Shown here piece by piece: positions 29,201 through 32,000 of a DNA stretch of 32,000 bases; within the stretch, counting starts at the first letter, position 1; each line of letters begins with the position of its first letter. The stretch lies in the NCBI GenBank assembly GCA_964591795.1, contig CAZQEL010000001.1, positions 52,779 through 84,778 on the forward strand. The letters are read 5' to 3'. A program made the position numbers and the translations under genes. Source of the DNA: an uncultured archaeon. Lineage in GTDB: Archaea > Iainarchaeota > Iainarchaeia > Iainarchaeales > CSSED10-239. Under the pieces are notes generated by a model. That model was not told where the DNA came from. It made no database searches and saw only the letters and a list, made by a program, of their open reading frames with translations.

Positions 29201-31170
29201 AACAAAACATCAAATACTAAATAATATTCTTTGTTTAAACTAATATAATTTGTAGTAATACCTTTTGCATCAACAACACCTACAAAATCAATTATTGGAT
29301 AATCAGTATTATTTACTTCTTTTGAAAAATCAACACGTATGTATCCTGATGAATCAGCTTCATCAGTTGTAAAATTAACAGAGGATATATTAAAGTTTTC
29401 ATCAGTATATTCAGCTAATAAATCTTTATATCCTTGAGAATTAAAAATAACTTCTTCACCTAAAGATAAATTTTGATCAAAAAGAACAGTTCCATCTTTT
29501 GCTTTAATTATAAGACTACCTTTTGTTAACTTAAATCCATTTTCATCAAACAAATCAAGCTTTATCATTTTAGATGCATTATCAACTACAAAAATAATTT
29601 TATTTTCCTTTAATGAATCAATTGTAATTTCTTCAGAAACTTGTGTATCTCCAACTTGAGCATAAATATTATAAATTGTGTTTATTCTTAGTGGAATTGA
29701 AAGCGCACCAGATAGATCAGTTTCAAGAGAAGTATTATATGGTATTTCAGATGAATCTTCTAAGGATACTAATTTTTCATGAATTTTAATATATGCTTTT
29801 GGAACTGGCATATTTTTTTCATCAACAACAAACACATTAAGTATTGCGCTGTTTGTAACATCTATCTTGTCTAAACTAAAATCTGCTTTTGTGTCTATGT
29901 TTAAATTAAAAGAATTATGTTCACAAAAATAATCAAGTTTACATGCAGTTATTAAAATATTTGAATCAACGTTTATTCCTTTAAAATTAATAAACCCTAA
30001 GGCATCAGTTTTACCTGAGTCAATAACAATATTATTTAAATTATATGCTGTAACTAAAACATCATCAAGAACTAAAAAATTACTTTTTGCTCTTGCTGTA
30101 ACATCAATAAAATTACCACCAAGTTCTAAAACAACATTATATGTCATATCAGGATTAATTATTCTATATGAAACATTATCATCACTAATATATGTTTTAT
30201 AACTTTCTTTTTTAACTTTATAAGTAATTGTTTCTCCAGAGTTAACATACACTAAAGCTTTTCCATCAATTGTTGTTTGAGATCCTATTTCATCATTAGA
30301 AAGATTGAATACAGAAACTTCTGCATCATTAACAAAATTTTCAGAAGCGTCTAAAACTACAAAAGTAACTTTACTTTTTCCTTCAAAAGAAAGAGAAGCA
30401 ATATTCATTTCAATTACTTTTTCTTGTTCTAATGAATTTATTCTGTAATTACTTTCTTTAAAATCTTCATAATTATCAGCTTTTGCTATAAGTTCAATAT
30501 CTTTGCTAATTGGAACTTCTATAATAATATAATGATTATTAAAAATATCTACAATTCCTTCAACACTCTCAGTTTTATTATTAATTGTAAAATTTGCAGT
30601 AACCATTCCAGAAGATATTTTTCTTTGATTATCTCTGTCTTTTAATTGTATTTTTAAAATACCATATTCTACTTTTTCAGAAAAAACAACAGATACTTGT
30701 TCTTCTTTATTATTTATTGTTAATTGTTTTTGATAATCAGGATATCCTGGTTTTGTTGCTTTTAAAGTATAGGTGTTACCTATCTTAAGTTTTATTTTTT
30801 GAGAAACACCATCATCAATAGCTCCTGTAAAAACTTCTTTAATAGCGTCATCGCTTATCGTTAAATAAATATCGGACACTGAAGTACCTTGATAATCAGA
30901 AACATTAAAAGTTAAAGTTGACTGACTTGAGAAAGAAAAAAATATTAAAAAAATAATTATGAAAATTAATAATAATAATATGGAGGCCATAATTGCAAAC
31001 GCAGGAAGCCCTTTTTGTTCTAAATAATTATTCCAAGTGTTTATTGGAATTCCTTTTTCAGTAAGCCAATTAGACATTGAAGTATATTTGTCTTCTAAAT
31101 AATTATAGAATCTTGAAAATATATTTTGATTTGAAGTAGTAGATTTTTTTTTTCTAACCATATTTTTCAT
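23233..31170 (-). CDS. Giant N-terminally anchored surface protein, paralog E, with CarboxypepD_reg/PEGA-like repeats, an N/Y/S-rich insert, a hydrophobic Gly/Ala/Cys module and a basic tail
   Basis: 2645-aa ORF with ATG at 31170. Basic N-terminus MKNMVRKKKSTT, then FSRFYNYLEDKYTSMSNWLTEKGIPINTWNNYLEQKGLPAF, then the TM helix AIMASILLLLIFIIIFLIFF. Confidence 0.95.
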   Translation of the reverse strand: MKNMVRKKKSTTSNQNIFSRFYNYLEDKYTSMSNWLTEKGIPINTWNNYLEQKGLPAFAIMASILLLLIFIIIFLIFFSFSSQSTLTFNVSDYQGTSVSDIYLTISDDAIKEVFTGAIDDGVSQKIKLKIGNTYTLKATKPGYPDYQKQLTINNKEEQVSVVFSEKVEYGILKIQLKDRDNQRKISSGMVTANFTINNKTESVEGIVDIFNNHYIIIEVPISKDIELIAKADNYEDFKESNYRINSLEQEKVIEMNIASLSFEGKSKVTFVVLDASENFVNDAEVSVFNLSNDEIGSQTTIDGKALVYVNSGETITYKVKKESYKTYISDDNVSYRIINPDMTYNVVLELGGNFIDVTARAKSNFLVLDDVLVTAYNLNNIVIDSGKTDALGFINFKGINVDSNILITACKLDYFCEHNSFNLNIDTKADFSLDKIDVTNSAILNVFVVDEKNMPVPKAYIKIHEKLVSLEDSSEIPYNTSLETDLSGALSIPLRINTIYNIYAQVGDTQVSEEITIDSLKENKIIFVVDNASKMIKLDLFDENGFKLTKGSLIIKAKDGTVLFDQNLSLGEEVIFNSQGYKDLLAEYTDENFNISSVNFTTDEADSSGYIRVDFSKEVNNTDYPIIDFVGVVDAKGITTNYISLNKEYYLVFDVLFPENVYKGEVHIRAGDDTQTDSEEMSYGINGFMAMDITNFKYSTSYNPAPEPGMQSTDFLNEGSSDVLNKWLELKWVSTIPLSNKQIKIKVSAVDLSVTKLKFKYRVLYEENKLYFRDPIDTFLNQSYSTNKKSALYANTKEVVVDLFDVPLDCKDNFCISNKFIDSKDNEFSVEDFYAVKGEEYILETNIYSLKNTQLNILAETSKSFPLVSLNLFSDNRSLNNASQSIDSFEVTRDGLSISGNVLKKIYLSFIAKEIGTAYIDLKSTDTILGNSVSDNRLSFNIHDKKEMKVVVNPDSFVPYGSKFTVDVLDASNLSSINNAVISFYNTETLEFILFVKAEGTNGENGKYTIDNKFNFSSITMVVDSYGYTPFEKELYIVDDSLFILTPQEILINLGTDQITSSQSFSIQNNGDYIANNIRFGDPIWIEGPSDVFVDIRGAISINKKSSQIFEAVVTIGNDLQFTTAYVKIPIFATIGSREITKIIPVRINKGLILSDCLTITPNAVNSFVGLNLEYTAPDVFNTPYTSYNYNSNNNQNPLLAQSQNYNSYDEYMSSQNNTRNYSGSSNTRTYTDPNYYTYYSSMPNTTSEYTENTTFFIIKNNCSQNVTFTPQYTSSSMSANKDIELSLGNVTVLAGEEKVYDVIIKNHSNRKQAAKYTYDILWNNNYYSVSPSLLNIDLLDLSKALWIMPSLIQVPISQLNAQQSAVNSTRFMIKNIGTVPITDIQISQYPKIVSSNIGVTEYPREINVLEPGKTIPIDLQFEVNIKKSTTDNMFILVTGKAAGINNPISATTQIVFTISSPNCLKVSNKHLDFTLKVGEKRNRNVSLTNYCAEPVSVIGIDKKLDAYTETFGLNPLKISPASGSGNIIYPNQTATYNLELSAISLGGSPKMPMIILGRLLNSGNQVSSEDFTVSINIQDASVEESRDKMVSNISSLPLCSDSQNTSTINTPVVSIGACTESSGYCDGLSSAEFLLKKVDELQSQIKQVSSQAQAKLMNTGCSVADARNGFCKISEIGDINPLEFTFYMQNDMVSVDLVKYALNKSNYSFKNYFIETNPFLINNKSALGVYVGGNKIFLSNQFKGCGKYTVEIDGFIAASPDSIYPDRAYYYLNVLKYEQTSHCKKKITNYLNFMPWDLGLSKNQREGSWVTLFTGDSNLSKDLIKAIGKFGTDPNTRYVYSYDILSSRNNTLNVSIDDITENNVALGKIVFSDLKDYNISAPEQINVILNKKYVTSNNLVPSKVSKDFVNVIRAMVVKNDTSLKVCVSEDNSYMLILDTIKAGDLMFTTKEPIIPLNEDVSCTSLKIKSSIDETLNITSEKREGLISGFKLNEGDSLNDNINLNLIQNKDSNFLFCVKPQNPNDISLFVNQKIKITANSIYSGEGVIGNRIANVDVLLTSCAITPESFLLKTYQTIVTEHNKEDNKVFPQNNYALIDWSKIYSPEEKEEFCAVIEKVINSSEYSSRNTKLFFDYENLNCTIKDSDQKYNSKLNKSLTNAGIYFGKCSAVCAGCYAVSALVMPASIFGAAIDCLAFSCGLPALDVFASTMYNGDGGIGKGIDLVLGSLFSSKNFELFGPAAESVSTWFAGTMGSLTAGIFKTGSSAAAAPLRIGETVLDLGTDPFTQVQPIIPGTGLSSQEFKLFNSQLKNFDRYFLGVDPIKFVAADPTDLAKFNQLYTKIYSHTNPIDFTKLSSTEIDDFSRIIKNGSMVGKNSHLVGKDLFANRLIQAKSNLHISGVGTTSAVNLIDNVSRNNIVNSLDDPKTGLIKNTDDSIKVLEDKIKAIEKNNARSNLNPRKVKLDPNKVQIGNKAARKASSDLTTLNSQLVAKKVDKAALVSLSNKLKGLTLDPTTGKYVVPDELLNDFKKLNGSKVAKVGKSAKWVRGVGGFARGLGCGLLGNWAGIRSLQDDGMTNLNYSIEFKKDATFTKNILYVASMEYIEPSDGDYKSRYVIDINPYNTQDPSIISSMPTTRIDSCSIKKIK
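24346..24696 (-). other. Gly/Ala/Cys-rich hydrophobic module in E (residues 2159-2275), probably membrane-interacting
   Basis: NAGIYFGKCSAVCAGCYAVSALVMPASIFGAAIDCLAFSCGLPALDVFASTMYNGDGGIGKGIDLVLGSLFSSKNFELFGPAAESVSTWFAGTMGSLTAGIFKTGSSAAAAPLRIGE. Confidence 0.7.
27406..27627 (-). other. N/Y/S/T-rich low-complexity segment in E (residues ~1182-1255)
   Basis: NTPYTSYNYNSNNNQNPLLAQSQNYNSYDEYMSSQNNTRNYSGSSNTRTYTDPNYYTYYSSMPNTTSEYTENTT. It sits in the same position relative to flanking conserved residues as the D segment. Confidence 0.85.
29317..30921 (-). other. Protein-level array of CarboxypepD_reg/PEGA-like repeats in E (residues ~84-618)
   Basis: Examples: VTFVVLDASENFVNDAEVSVFNLSNDEIGSQTTIDGKALVYVNSGETITYKVKKESY and LNVFVVDEKNMPVPKAYIKIHEK...ETDLSGALSIPLRINTIYNIYAQ. 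Confidence 0.6.
31144..31153 (-). repeat. A10 homopolymer inside codons 6-9 of gene E
   Basis: Minus strand reads ATG AAA AAT ATG GTT AGA AAA AAA AAA TCT (plus-strand T10 at 31144-31153). Confidence 0.9.
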
Positions 31171-31190
31171 CTTTCTTAGTATTTATTAGT

Positions 31191-31215
31191 TATTTTAATA
31201 TATATAATATATTCA
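31191..31215 (-). promoter_or_regulatory. TATA-box-like element upstream of gene E
   Basis: Minus strand reads ATATTATATATATTAAAATAACTAATAAATACTAAGAAAGATG. The TATA-like run is centred about 30 nt upstream of the ATG and there is no SD. Weak call in AT-rich DNA. Confidence 0.25.
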
Positions 31216-31277
31216 TAAGTAATATATATAAATATATGGAATAAAGAATAAACCTATAAATAACCTTTAATAAGAAG

Positions 31278-31296
31278 AAAAAAAAGAAAAAAAAAA
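31278..31296 (-). terminator. Oligo-T termination signal after the 111-aa gene
   Basis: Immediately 3' of the TAA, the minus strand reads T10 C T8. Oligo-T tracts are the known archaeal termination signal. Confidence 0.45.
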
Positions 31297-31632
31297 TTAT
31301 TTAGAGTTTGAAACTCTAATAATTGCAACAATTGAAACGATTAATGCAGCTGGTGCTACAAAGTAAACAAGATTAACTAAAATTCCTCTCATAATTTCTC
31401 CAACAACAGGAATTGCATTTATTGAGTTACTAGTTGCAATAAAAGTTATGGACGCTATTAAGAAAAGAGAAATATTCTTATCTTCAATGTTTAAAAGACC
31501 AACAAGCAAACCTAAAATAATTAAAACAGTAGCAAGCCATGCAGGATGTGTCATACCAAAAATTAAACCAAAAATAATTGATAATAAAATACCACCAAGA
31601 AAAGCATAAGCACCTATTCTTTCAAGTTTCAT
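31297..31632 (-). CDS. Small integral membrane protein (3-4 predicted TM helices), function unknown
   Basis: 111-aa ORF that is almost entirely hydrophobic (GAYAFLGGILLSIIFGLIFG, AWLATVLIILGLLVGLL, LFLIASITFIATS, LVNLVYFVAPAALIVSIVAII). TAA stop followed immediately by a long T-run. Same strand as the giant genes. Confidence 0.75.
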   Translation of the reverse strand: MKLERIGAYAFLGGILLSIIFGLIFGMTHPAWLATVLIILGLLVGLLNIEDKNISLFLIASITFIATSNSINAIPVVGEIMRGILVNLVYFVAPAALIVSIVAIIRVSNSK

Positions 31633-31746
31633 ATATTCTCAAAACTCCTTTTTAGTATATAAAAACAATAATATCTATATACAAAATGTTTTTAAAATAT
31701 AGAGTATTAAAAATTAGGACAAATATATTAAATAAAAATATTTAAA

Positions 31747-31808
31747 GTAGGCAGAAAAGAAGAAGGAAAGAACTAAAACTAATTATTCCCTTGTAACTTC
31801 TTTTTATT
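31747..31808. repeat. Copy 1 of a 62-nt intergenic direct repeat
   Basis: GTAGGCAGAAAAGAAGAAGGAAAGAACTAAAACTAATTATTCCCTTGTAACTTCTTTTTATT. Confidence 0.85.
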
Positions 31809-31839
31809 TAAATTTTGTGCGTAACAGTTTATTTTGTAA

Positions 31840-31901
31840 GTAGGCAGAAAAGAAGAAGGAAAGTACAAAAACTAATTATTCCCTTATAACTTCTTTTTAT
31901 T
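31840..31901. repeat. Copy 2 of a 62-nt intergenic direct repeat (59/62 identical, 93-nt period)
   Basis: GTAGGCAGAAAAGAAGAAGGAAAGTACAAAAACTAATTATTCCCTTATAACTTCTTTTTATT. Confidence 0.85.
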
Positions 31902-32000
31902 AAAATATTAAGAAAAAATAAACTTATTTTAAAACAAATATTTAAAATAAAAAAACAAGAAGAGAAGGTATAAAAATCTGTAAAAAAGGGGTTTTTACAT

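Noticed and set aside
1-31170. RHS/YD-repeat, polymorphic-toxin or RTX-type giant proteins
   Set aside because: I saw no YD or RHS repeats, no GGxGxD nonapeptides, no PAAR/LXG/WXG-type N-termini, no recognisable nuclease or deaminase tail, and no adjacent small immunity-like ORF.
5756-31170. Very high density of N-x-S/T sequons as evidence for heavy N-glycosylation
   Set aside because: It is plausible for archaeal surface proteins. However, Asn, Ser and Thr are all over-represented in this AT-rich coding sequence, so many sequons are expected by chance. This cannot be judged without a composition-matched null.
31747-31901. Possible CRISPR array
   Set aside because: There are only two clear copies. 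The repeat (62 nt) is longer than the spacer (31 nt), the sequence is AT-rich and purine-skewed rather than CRISPR-repeat-like, and no cas genes are in the window.
1-32000. Mollicute-type genetic code 4, or a mobile element or prophage
   Set aside because: No in-frame TGA is needed anywhere and Trp is encoded by TGG. There is no integrase, transposase, terminal inverted repeat, tRNA attachment site or capsid/terminase-like ORF.

Overview
AT-rich window (well under one-third G+C by eye) that is about 97% coding, all on the minus strand. I saw no rRNA, tRNA, CRISPR array, transposase or integrase. Seven co-oriented genes fill it. In transcription order (high to low coordinates) they are: a 111-aa multi-TM membrane protein; giant protein E (2645 aa); a 554-aa protein with an archaeal-type class III (type IV pilin-like) signal peptide; giant D (2307 aa); giant C (1862 aa); B (973 aa); and giant A. 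A has at least 1911 codons, is missing from the supplied ORF track and runs off the left edge. A, C, D and E are collinear paralogs. Each has a short cytoplasmic N-terminal motif (FY.YLEDKY...KGIP) and one TM anchor. About six CarboxypepD_reg/PEGA-like beta-sandwich repeats follow, ending at residue 595-613 in all four. Next come shared middle modules, including a Cys-bracketed beta-sandwich whose first Cys sits at residue 1153-1266, and then divergent tails. B looks like a headless copy of the C-terminal tail modules. D and E carry Q/N/Y/G-rich, prion-like low-complexity inserts in the same loop of that Cys-bracketed domain. E and A carry Gly/Ala(/Cys)-rich hydrophobic modules deep in the protein. 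C ends in a six-Cys knot. No enzyme, ATPase, secretin or C-terminal sorting signal is visible. My reading is an uncharacterised giant-surface-protein locus with an orphan pilin-like gene. The host is most plausibly a small-genome, DPANN-like archaeon using the standard genetic code, and the locus is a candidate cell-surface or host-contact apparatus. All functional statements are inference from the translations; no database search was possible.
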